From IMG/VR virus record IMGVR_UViG_3300017766_003372, positions 1 through 35,968 of that record: 35,968 bases of DNA; one strand, 5' to 3'. A program made the translations under genes and the position numbers. A model generated the notes under the pieces. The model worked only from the letters and a program-made list of their open reading frames with translations. It had not been told where the DNA came from and did not search any database. Of this stretch, positions 7,786 to 14,671 are shown one piece after another; positions within the stretch are counted from its first letter, which is position 1, and the number at the start of each line of letters is the position of its first letter. The DNA comes from a virus (lineage: Duplodnaviria > Caudoviricetes).

Positions 7786-8660
7786 TGCACCCCCTGACCA
7801 ACGAGGTTCAACAGGTCCGCGGCCTCGTCAGCGGTCAACTCACCATCCTGGGCAAGCGCCCCGATTCGGGTGCGGAACTTGTCCGCGGTTGTCTCCGAAA
7901 TCGGAGTCGAGACGATCGCAGAGCGGGCCCTGGTGTAGGCCGCAGATCGGGCAGGGGGTGCGGGAATCTCATGGCCCGCCGCAAGCCATGCCGCAAGGCG
8001 CTTCCCCGTCTCAACGGAGATCGGCTTGGGGTCGCCAACGAACAGGTTGGTTCGATCCTTGCTCACGGTGGCGAAGTGCCCATCGTGTACCAGATCGATG
8101 ACCGTCGTGAACTCGTATTCCGCGCCGTCCCTCGTCTCGGTCTTCATGCCGAGTTTCACAACCTTTTTCCGCCCGCCGTCCTCGACTTGCGCCGTCTCCG
8201 TTTTCGCGCGACCCGTGGCGATGATGTGCGCCGGGCTGCGGAGCATGGCATCGATGAAGGCCCGATGCCTGGGAGTGATGACCGAGTACGCGCTCCATGT
8301 GTTGCCGCGGAATTGAGCCTTGGCAATATCGTCCACCAACTCCAGACACCCGCCCTTGCCGCTCCACTCATGGGAAATCGAATCAACGATGATGACTTCG
8401 TACCCCGCCTCTTCGCAGGCCCGAATTGCTTCGATGTACGCTTCGGGAGTAAACGGTGGCCGCAGATCGACAACGTCAAAACTGTGGAGGGAATCGTAGA
8501 TGTCCGACGATCCCTGTTCTGTGTCGATCACCACGCATCGACCACCCAAACCCTTTGCGATCTGGAGAGCGCCCCAGGTCTTGCCGCTGCCGCTGGGCCC
8601 CGTGAGGAGCAGACGCAGTTTGGTTGCGGAGCGCTTGGCCTTGCGAATCTCAATCGCCAT
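7782..8660 (-). CDS. AAA_24 / Sak4-like P-loop ATPase (recombination)
   Basis: Walker A GPSGSGKT, IDTE, Walker B IIVDSISHEW, EYEF; SSB nearby. Confidence 0.9.
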   Translation of the reverse strand: MAIEIRKAKRSATKLRLLLTGPSGSGKTWGALQIAKGLGGRCVVIDTEQGSSDIYDSLHSFDVVDLRPPFTPEAYIEAIRACEEAGYEVIIVDSISHEWSGKGGCLELVDDIAKAQFRGNTWSAYSVITPRHRAFIDAMLRSPAHIIATGRAKTETAQVEDGGRKKVVKLGMKTETRDGAEYEFTTVIDLVHDGHFATVSKDRTNLFVGDPKPISVETGKRLAAWLAAGHEIPAPPARSAAYTRARSAIVSTPISETTADKFRTRIGALAQDGELTADEAADLLNLVGQGVQ

Positions 8661-8664
8661 GCCC

Positions 8665-8850
8665 AACGCTCCCACAAGCCAAAGCGCCATCGTCAGTGCC
8701 GAAATTGTCATTCCTGTTTTTCCTTTCCCTGTTTTTGGAATCTGGTAAAGCCCGCTCGCCGGTCCATCGGTCTGCGGGAAACGTCCTGCGTTGCCGAATC
8801 CCATCGGCTCCGATCCGCTGCCAGCCGTGGCCGCGGTCCCGTCCTTGCCT
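8665..8850 (-). ncRNA. GGA-loop hairpin array, CsrB/RsmZ-like
   Basis: 11 GGA motifs. Hairpins GCCGA-TGGGAT-TCGGC (8793-8808), AACG-CAGGA-CGTT (8780-8792) and CCG-ATGGAC-CGG (8759-8770). Confidence 0.55.
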
Positions 8851-9119
8851 CAATCAATGTTGCTGGGGTCGAGCGTGAGAAGATCAACCGGAATCCCGTC
8901 GTAATTGGGCGGGTCGATGTCCTCCGGTCGTGCCCAAATCCATCCGCCGTCGATCTCGACCACTACCCGCCCCGGTTCCGCCGATTGCACGATGCCAGAG
9001 AACCGCTTGCCGCCCGCGGTCCCGGTGACTTCCGCACCCTCAAGCGGCAGCGGATAGCAACCGCTCGACTCGATCATCCCTGTCACCGCTCCCAGGTACT
9101 CACGGTTATGCGCGTCCAT
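8850..9119 (-). CDS. Hypothetical protein (small beta-barrel-like)
   Basis: ATG with AAGGAG RBS; overlaps the end of csrA. Confidence 0.65.
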   Translation of the reverse strand: MDAHNREYLGAVTGMIESSGCYPLPLEGAEVTGTAGGKRFSGIVQSAEPGRVVVEIDGGWIWARPEDIDPPNYDGIPVDLLTLDPSNID

Positions 9120-9327
9120 TACTTTTCTCCTTGAGCCTTTCCGCTTCCCGTTCCCTTGCTTCGATGCGTCGAAGCAATTCCGTTCGCCAGATGTCAAAGG
9201 CTGGCGCGTCAATCTCGATCTCCACCGAATCGCGGTTGATTCCCGCAACCCGAATGAAAACGTCGTTCTCTTTTTCCTCGCCTTGAAGGGTGATTGATTG
9301 ACCCAGGTTCCGTGAAAGTCGCAGCAT
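9106..9327 (-). CDS. csrA: Carbon storage regulator CsrA/RsmA homologue
   Basis: MLRLSRNLGQSI...IDAP...WRTEL aligns with MLILTRRVGETL...VNAP...HREEI; the RNA-binding Arg44 equivalent is kept. Confidence 0.8.
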   Translation of the reverse strand: MLRLSRNLGQSITLQGEEKENDVFIRVAGINRDSVEIEIDAPAFDIWRTELLRRIEAREREAERLKEKSNGRA

Positions 9328-9330
9328 GGG

Positions 9331-9720
9331 TCAGCCTTTGAGGTCGTCAGGGTGATGAAGTGATTTGCCAAGGGAGCAACGACGTTGAAGCTCCGCGATC
9401 TTCTCCGCGCTCCCAGGCAGACAGCGCGACGGGGGAACCTCGCCCATCTCGCGCCAGATTTCATCGCGGATAGCGCCTAGTTCCTCGATCGCGCGGGCTA
9501 GCGTGTCGTCGAGGATCGTTCGATCCCCGCCCGCGGCGCGGCTTGCGTAGGAATCCGCATCTAGTCCCGATCCGCCTGCGCGCCGCGGGTCGCCGTAGAG
9601 TCCGACCGTGTGGCAAAGTTGTGCATGAACGTGGACGACTCTGCGGAGCCATCCCGCAACCTGCGCGGGAACCGTCGCCGCGATGCGAGTGCGCCGACCC
9701 TCTGCGTTGCCCGGAATGAT
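9331..9720 (-). CDS. Hypothetical phage protein (PGSAEKIAEL...HPDD); start unresolved
   Basis: Protein-like C-terminus abutting csrA; no canonical in-frame start near the expected 5' end. Confidence 0.45.
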   Translation of the reverse strand: MIPGNAEGRRTRIAATVPAQVAGWLRRVVHVHAQLCHTVGLYGDPRRAGGSGLDADSYASRAAGGDRTILDDTLARAIEELGAIRDEIWREMGEVPPSRCLPGSAEKIAELQRRCSLGKSLHHPDDLKG

Positions 9721-9962
9721 TGGCGCGTTCCCCCGCCCCTTCGCGCGTGTCGTTCCTCTGGTGCCCAGTTGGCCGCGATCTCCTCGCAGGCTGCGGCAAT
9801 CTCGTCTGGGCTGGGATCGCCGGGCATCGGCTCGCAACAGGCATCCGCAACCATGCCCCAGGTCACGGCATAACTCCGCGAGATGAGCCCAGCGATCCGT
9901 TCGATCGGCACACCCTGCCGATACCATTCCGCCAGTTGCGATGGCTGGACGTTGACGCGCAT
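9561..9962 (-). CDS. HTH-like protein with DPSPDEI motif; first gene of the early operon (cro-like position)
   Basis: GGGGAG RBS; LAEWYRQGVPIERIAGLISRSYAVT is HTH-like. Confidence 0.6.
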   Translation of the reverse strand: MRVNVQPSQLAEWYRQGVPIERIAGLISRSYAVTWGMVADACCEPMPGDPSPDEIAAACEEIAANWAPEERHARRGGGTRQSFRATQRVGALASRRRFPRRLRDGSAESSTFMHNFATRSDSTATRGAQADRD

Positions 9963-10124
9963 TGGTTGCTCCCCGCAAAGCCACGCAGGCGCGGGAGACG
10001 TTGCGAACGCTGGCCTTTCGGCTCCGCGTCAACGATGCCCCAAGGGGGCGCGCGTCCTGCGTCATTTCCCTTTTCCCCAGACGATCCATCCAACACCGTT
10101 CGCGTTCATGCGATTGGTTGGGGG

Positions 10125-10186
10125 GCATTTCTAAATAGCCCCTAAAAAATCGTCAAGAGCATTTCTTTGGGGGTGCGTAAAAATGC
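10125..10186 (-). promoter_or_regulatory. Leftward early promoter with operator-like repeats
   Basis: TTGACG (10156-10151), 17 nt, TAGAAA (10133-10128). GCATTT(C/T)T boxes at 10125, 10159 and, inverted, at 10179 and 10244. Confidence 0.55.
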
Positions 10187-10247
10187 CTTTTTGTGGCACG
10201 ATATCAGGGGTTCGACCACCAAGAGGCGGCGCGTCGCGCCGGAAGAA

Positions 10248-10718
10248 ATGCCCACGGCACCAACGGAAATCATTGACGCTTTGCAATCCTCGATCCGCCT
10301 CCATTGGATGGCGGTTGAGAACTACGCAAGCCAAGCGGAACACTTCGCGCGATGGGGGTACGCCAAGTTGGCGGATCGGTTCGGCGCGGATGCCGAAGAG
10401 GAGCGTGGGCATCTGGCCGCACTCATGGCGCGGCTCGAGTTTTTCGACGCCGCGCCGTCGTTCGTCCACCAGTTCCCGACTTGGCCGCGGCACGATGTGC
10501 CGGGCATCTTCGCCTACGATCTGGAGCTTGAGCGCAAGGCCGCGGAAGTCGAGCGCGCGAACGTTATCGCGGCGCGGGCCTTTGGGGACGAAACCACCGC
10601 AGGGATTTTTGCGGCGCTCCTCAAGGATTCGGAGGAGTCAATTGAGAAGATCGAAGCCGATCAAAAATTGATCGAGGCTATCGGCCTGGAAAACTGGTTA
10701 GCCAACCTCATCGGCTAG
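10248..10718 (+). CDS. Bacterioferritin-like protein with degenerate ferroxidase centre
   Basis: 156 aa; ungapped register with E. coli Bfr (WG, E..H, DL.LE, GLENWL). Confidence 0.85.
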   Translation: MPTAPTEIIDALQSSIRLHWMAVENYASQAEHFARWGYAKLADRFGADAEEERGHLAALMARLEFFDAAPSFVHQFPTWPRHDVPGIFAYDLELERKAAEVERANVIAARAFGDETTAGIFAALLKDSEESIEKIEADQKLIEAIGLENWLANLIG

Positions 10719-10977
10719 ACCGCTGCCGCGGCCAGAGACGATCGAGCGTGACCCCGAGAGCATCGGCCACGGCGCGGAGCGTGGATACGCGCGGGTCGGG
10801 GGTCGTACCTCCGATGATGGCATAGAGAGAGACTTCGGACACGCTCGCCTTTTCGGCAAGCTGTTGCAGGCTGAAGCCCCGGGACTTTGCAAACCGCACG
10901 ATTCGTTCCCCCGCTGGGGTAAGCGGCCTGCTTCGTGGGCGACCCTTGCCCCGGGGCTTTTCTTCGGTCGTTGCCAT
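10708..10977 (-). CDS. XRE-family HTH repressor (cI-like, no peptidase domain)
   Basis: RGFSLQQLAEKASVSEVSLYAIIGG...DPRVSTLRAVADALGVTLDRL. Confidence 0.9.
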   Translation of the reverse strand: MATTEEKPRGKGRPRSRPLTPAGERIVRFAKSRGFSLQQLAEKASVSEVSLYAIIGGTTPDPRVSTLRAVADALGVTLDRLWPRQRSSR

Positions 10978-11031
10978 TTTGCCGACTCCCTTTTGCCCCC
11001 CGGGGGGGCAGGCGCGTAGGGTTCAGAGGAA

Positions 11032-11085
11032 TACACCCCGCTGGGCTCGAACCAGCAACCTTCGGTTCCGTAGACCGATGCTCTA
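11032..11085 (-). mobile_element. attP core: 3' two-thirds of tRNA-Arg(ACG)
   Basis: TAGAGCA-TCGGT-CTACGGA-ACCGA-AGGTT-GCTGG-TTCGAGC-CCAGC-GGGGTGTA. The 5' acceptor strand and D arm are absent; 100 bp from the integrase. Confidence 0.85.
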
Positions 11086-11186
11086 AACCCCCGCACAGGG
11101 GGGTAGCGCCCCCGTATTGGGCTGCGCGTAGTAGGAGCGGGGATGAACAAAGGGGCAAGGAAGCCTTCACAAAGGGAGCTTCCTAG

Positions 11187-12056
11187 ATGTCCACCACAGA
11201 ATTGACCCTTTCGCGGTATCTCCGCGAGGACTATTGCCTTACCCGCGAAATCGGGATCGAGACGCAGCGCCAATACGAAATCGCCGTGCGGCTGTTTGAA
11301 CGCTGGAGCGGGGGCCCGGTCCCGCTATCCGCCCTCGATCCCCTCAAGGTGTCCGCATGGCTGCGCGATCTTGCGGCGGATCGTGCCCCCTCAACCGTGA
11401 GGGCAAAGCGGGTGCAAGTCATGAGCCTTTGGCGCGCCGCCGCAGACGATGGGCTTTGCCCCCCGCCCCTTCGCAGGGTGCGAAGTGTCCGCGTCCCGCA
11501 GAAAGACCCCGTGGCCTGGACTCACGCGGAGGTTTGCCAACTGCTTGCCGCAACCTCTCGCCTGCAACGATGGCACCCCTGCGGCCTGCGCCGTTCCGAT
11601 TGGTGGGCGCTTGCCGTGCGTGTTGCCTGGGATACGGGCCTGCGTTGGGGGGACATGGTTTCGATCCGCGTTGACCAGATCAACGAGGAAGGGCTTTTGC
11701 GGATGACTCAATCCAAAGTCCAGCGCCCGATCCTCTGCCAGCTTTCCCCGGGGACGTTTGCCGCCGCGAGGGCATCGGTTGAGCGTTGCCCGCGTGGCAT
11801 CCTCCTCCCCTGGGCAGGGAGCCACGAAACCTTTGCCCAACAGGTTTCCCACCTCGTCCAGCTTGCAGGCATCCGCCGCGGAACGTGGAAATACCTTCGC
11901 CGCGGATCGGCAACGGACGTTGAGCTAATCGAGCGGGGCGCGGCAACCGCTCACCTAGGGCATCGTCCAGGGTCGAGGATCGCCGCTGACAACTACCTCG
12001 ATCCCGCGATACTGGGAGCGAATCGACCAAGCCCGCGAGAACTTCTCTATGGTTGA
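11187..12056 (+). CDS. int: Tyrosine recombinase / integrase
   Basis: DTGLR, K (QSKV), KYLRR (HxxR position), HLGH, C-terminal Tyr (NYLD). Confidence 0.9.
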   Translation: MSTTELTLSRYLREDYCLTREIGIETQRQYEIAVRLFERWSGGPVPLSALDPLKVSAWLRDLAADRAPSTVRAKRVQVMSLWRAAADDGLCPPPLRRVRSVRVPQKDPVAWTHAEVCQLLAATSRLQRWHPCGLRRSDWWALAVRVAWDTGLRWGDMVSIRVDQINEEGLLRMTQSKVQRPILCQLSPGTFAAARASVERCPRGILLPWAGSHETFAQQVSHLVQLAGIRRGTWKYLRRGSATDVELIERGAATAHLGHRPGSRIAADNYLDPAILGANRPSPRELLYG

Positions 12057-12081
12057 CGATCGGCAAATGTCGATCTAGGAT
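12053..12081 (+). promoter_or_regulatory. Sigma70-type promoter with operator in the spacer
   Basis: TTGACG-17-TAGGAT; inverted repeat GATCGGCA-AA-TGTCGATC at 12058-12075. Confidence 0.7.
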
Positions 12082-12106
12082 TGCCGCAACCTCTAGGAAA
12101 CCAGAA

Positions 12107-12307
12107 ATGAAAATCGACCCTGCCCAATATGTCCGCGTCGGCACCGCGGCAAAGTTGATGAACGTTACGCGGGCATATGTGAATCGCTTGATCGCGGATA
12201 GCCGTCTTCCCGCCGTGGAAATCGACGGGCAAAACTTTGTCCGCGAAAAAGACGCGCTGGCGTTCCAGCGGCAACCGGGCATGGGGAGGCCGAAGAAAGA
12301 CGCATGA
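12107..12307 (+). CDS. Excisionase-like HTH_17 DNA-binding protein
   Basis: VGTAAKLMNVTRAYVNRLIADSRLPAVEIDG; C-terminal GRPKK; immediately after int. Confidence 0.8.
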   Translation: MKIDPAQYVRVGTAAKLMNVTRAYVNRLIADSRLPAVEIDGQNFVREKDALAFQRQPGMGRPKKDA

Positions 12308-12588
12308 CGAATAACCCGCAATGGATGCTCGTTGTCGATCACGGCGGCAATCGTTGGCAGGCTGGAGGGGTCAATTTTGCCAACCGCCCCGCCCCCCCGA
12401 TCCCGCGGCCTGGGCACCCTATCCGCATCAATGGCGCGTTTTTCTTTGTGTCGGAAATCACCTTCCTGACCGCGGACTACCAGCGGATAGAGGTTGTGGT
12501 AAGGAAGACCAACCGAGAGTATTTCGCGGAATTGGCTGGGCTGAAATCGAAGCCCAAGCCCCCCCGCCGCAAACGTTTTCGCGGCTGA
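12304..12588 (+). CDS. Hypothetical protein
   Basis: ATGA coupling; followed by a terminator. Confidence 0.65.
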   Translation: MTNNPQWMLVVDHGGNRWQAGGVNFANRPAPPIPRPGHPIRINGAFFFVSEITFLTADYQRIEVVVRKTNREYFAELAGLKSKPKPPRRKRFRG

Positions 12589-12613
12589 AACCCCAGCAAC
12601 TCCGGGGTTTTTT
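12588..12613 (+). terminator. Intrinsic terminator
   Basis: AAACCCC/GGGGTTT stem plus T tract. Confidence 0.6.
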
Positions 12614-12642
12614 CGCTTTTCTAAAAAATCTTTGTGAAGGGC

Positions 12643-12671
12643 TTGCCCCTCCGTATCCGATTGGATATAGT
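12643..12671 (+). promoter_or_regulatory. Promoter with operator (cassette 1)
   Basis: TTGCCC-17-TATAGT; operator TATCCGATTGGATA at 12654-12667; upstream AAAAAATCTTT. Confidence 0.75.
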
Positions 12672-12715
12672 AGGACAGAGACGGAGACGAACCCCTGACA
12701 CAAAGGAAACGAACA

Positions 12716-13192
12716 ATGGAAACGATTCACAACGGTCCCAAGTCTGCCGCCAAAGCCATCCGCGGGGAACTCAAAATCAAGTTCCCCGGGATCAAGTTCA
12801 GCGTTCGCAGCGATTCCAACGCAATCAACGTTTCTTGGGTTGACGGGCCCACGGAAAAGGCTGTTGCCGCGGTCACTGGCAAGTACCGTTTGGGCGACTT
12901 CGACGGGATGACCGATTCCTACAACTACGATGGAACGCACGTTGTTTGCGAGGATGGCACGATTGCCGCCCTTGGCGGGGCCCACTACGTTTTCAACAAT
13001 CGCCGCATCTCGGATGCCGCCCGCGCCGCTTGCATCGCAGCCGCTGCCACCTACTACCAGGGTTGGGAAACCGATCTGGCCTGGGAGCAGGATACGTTGG
13101 TTTTCCGCCTGCTCCTCGACGCCGATCTGACCAAGGGGTTTTCGGGTCGCATCGAGTATTCCGAAAAGCTGGGCCGCTCGACGTTCGCCTGA
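12716..13192 (+). CDS. LPD29 (large polyvalent protein-associated) domain protein
   Basis: AKAIRGELKIKFPGIKFSVRS...INVSWVDGPT...FDGMTD. Confidence 0.8.
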   Translation: METIHNGPKSAAKAIRGELKIKFPGIKFSVRSDSNAINVSWVDGPTEKAVAAVTGKYRLGDFDGMTDSYNYDGTHVVCEDGTIAALGGAHYVFNNRRISDAARAACIAAAATYYQGWETDLAWEQDTLVFRLLLDADLTKGFSGRIEYSEKLGRSTFA

Positions 13193-13202
13193 CCCCAGGC
13201 CC

Positions 13203-13233
13203 ACCCCCGGGGGGCCTTCCCCCGGGGGTTTTT
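13203..13233 (+). terminator. Intrinsic terminator
   Basis: ACCCCCGGGGG/CCCCCGGGGGT stem plus T tract. Confidence 0.75.
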
Positions 13234-13264
13234 CAGCCCCCCGAAAAAATCTTTCCTAACCCAC

Positions 13265-13293
13265 TTGTCCCGTTGTATCCGATTGGATACAGT
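13265..13293 (+). promoter_or_regulatory. Promoter with operator (cassette 2)
   Basis: TTGTCC-17-TACAGT; operator TGTATCCGATTGGATACA at 13274-13291; upstream AAAAAATCTTT. Confidence 0.75.
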
Positions 13294-13334
13294 AGGGCAG
13301 ACGAGAACGAAACCCAGGAACAAAGGAAACGACA

Positions 13335-13541
13335 ATGACCACCGCGACCAAGACGAGCGACTGCCGGGTTTTCATGGTTGGGCACTACGGTTGCCAAATC
13401 AGTGAGCAAAGCGAACCCACGATGATGACCCGCCGCGAGGCTCAGGAAGCCTGCGACCGCAGGAACCGCGAGGAGCGGACGATTGAAAACGGGGAAAGCC
13501 CGTTCTTTGTCACCCGCAGCCGCAAATACGCCGCGGAGTGA
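13335..13541 (+). CDS. Small hypothetical protein
   Basis: AAGGA RBS and its own promoter. Confidence 0.7.
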   Translation: MTTATKTSDCRVFMVGHYGCQISEQSEPTMMTRREAQEACDRRNREERTIENGESPFFVTRSRKYAAE

Positions 13542-13613
13542 TCGGCAGGCCAACCCCGCCCCGGGCTTTCCGGGGCGGGTCAGGATCAAACCCTAGGAAC
13601 AAAGGCCCCCACC

Positions 13614-13871
13614 ATGCCGAACCTTGCCCAACTCACAAAGCAACTCATTGCCGCCCGCGAGGAAATCGAAGCGCTTGCCGCTGGCTACCAGACCGATGCC
13701 ACCCGCGATGACCTTGCGGAGTTTCTGGAGGCTTGCCAGACCGTTGCCCAACTCATGGAAGACGAAACCGCCCGACGATTTACCCGCCTGGATATGGGGG
13801 AGATCGAGGACGCGGTAGATGGCTGGCTGGAATCCGCGGGCAAGGTTGCCGCCCGCCGTGGGGAGGGTTGA
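13614..13871 (+). CDS. Small acidic helical protein
   Basis: Leader shares AAACCC..AGGAACAAAGG with the previous cassette; preceded by hairpin 13555-13579. Confidence 0.7.
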   Translation: MPNLAQLTKQLIAAREEIEALAAGYQTDATRDDLAEFLEACQTVAQLMEDETARRFTRLDMGEIEDAVDGWLESAGKVAARRGEG

Positions 13872-13874
13872 CCC

Positions 13875-14219
13875 CTAGCCCCCCTGCCTGGACAACTTTG
13901 GTACAGGCTGGCACTTTTCGCAGGGTGCCCCCCCCTTTGCCGCCTTGCACCCGCAGGAAGCCGGGCACGGGCAAGGCTCGACAACCCGCCCGTTGGGAAT
14001 CCCCCCGGAGCCTCCGCATTTGCACCCTACGGGGCATTTGCCCCCGGGGGGATTCGGGGCAGGGGCGGGGGGCCTGGGCCCAGGAGCGGGGCTATCCGGG
14101 GCCATGGCAGCATAGGCCGCGATGACTGCGGCTTGGCATCGGGGGTCTTCAAGCTCGACGGCTCCCGGTTCCCCGGACATTGCCGCCAGCCATGCCACGA
14201 TTGAGCGCCAGACCGTCAT
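13875..14219 (-). CDS. Protein with Pro linker and Cys-rich C-terminus
   Basis: CPVGCKCGGSG...CPCPASCGC...CEKC; last gene of the late operon. Confidence 0.65.
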   Translation of the reverse strand: MTVWRSIVAWLAAMSGEPGAVELEDPRCQAAVIAAYAAMAPDSPAPGPRPPAPAPNPPGGKCPVGCKCGGSGGIPNGRVVEPCPCPASCGCKAAKGGAPCEKCQPVPKLSRQGG

Positions 14220-14374
14220 TGCATCCCCCCCTCGTCGTGATCAATCCATGCCGAAATCGACTCCGATAGCCGCGCGAACAGCCACCACGCGGCGAGGACA
14301 ACGCACACTCCAACGGCACTTCCGATAGCGGCGAAGCCGCCTACCAAAATGAAGATTTCAAAGAGTGTGCCCAT
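14216..14374 (-). CDS. Small membrane protein (holin-like candidate)
   Basis: Hydrophobic 35-aa stretch; overlapping start and stop codons. Confidence 0.55.
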   Translation of the reverse strand: MGTLFEIFILVGGFAAIGSAVGVCVVLAAWWLFARLSESISAWIDHDEGGMQ

Positions 14375-14667
14375 CACCAACCCTCCCGATGGTTGAGGAT
14401 CGGATGTCCTGCGGCATCGACAGGTTGAGCCTGGACGATCCCCTGCCGCTCCTCCGGGTGCCGCACTGATTCCGCAACCGGGGCATCCTCGCCAACGAGC
14501 GTGACCCATAGCCCCCAGCGCGCGGCAAACTTTGCCAGCCTGCCAACTGCGGTGAGGACAGGACGATCGGGGCGCGGAGGATCGGGGCGGATTGGGGACG
14601 AAGGCGAGGAAGCCAGCCACCATCCGAGAGCGAAGCAAACCACTAGAGCGAAACGACGATCGTGCAT
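14374..14667 (-). CDS. Membrane-anchored Pro-rich protein
   Basis: N-terminal TM FALVVCFALGWWL; GAGG RBS. Confidence 0.65.
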   Translation of the reverse strand: MHDRRFALVVCFALGWWLASSPSSPIRPDPPRPDRPVLTAVGRLAKFAARWGLWVTLVGEDAPVAESVRHPEERQGIVQAQPVDAAGHPILNHREGW

Positions 14668-14671
14668 CTAG

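Noticed and set aside
8650-8853. 67-aa ORF over the GGA array
   Set aside because: TTG start and low-complexity Arg/Gly product; RNA hairpins explain the region better, though coding is not excluded.
11032-11110. Complete phage tRNA-Arg(ACG) gene
   Set aside because: The 5' acceptor strand and GCTC D stem are missing; next to an integrase it is better explained as attP.
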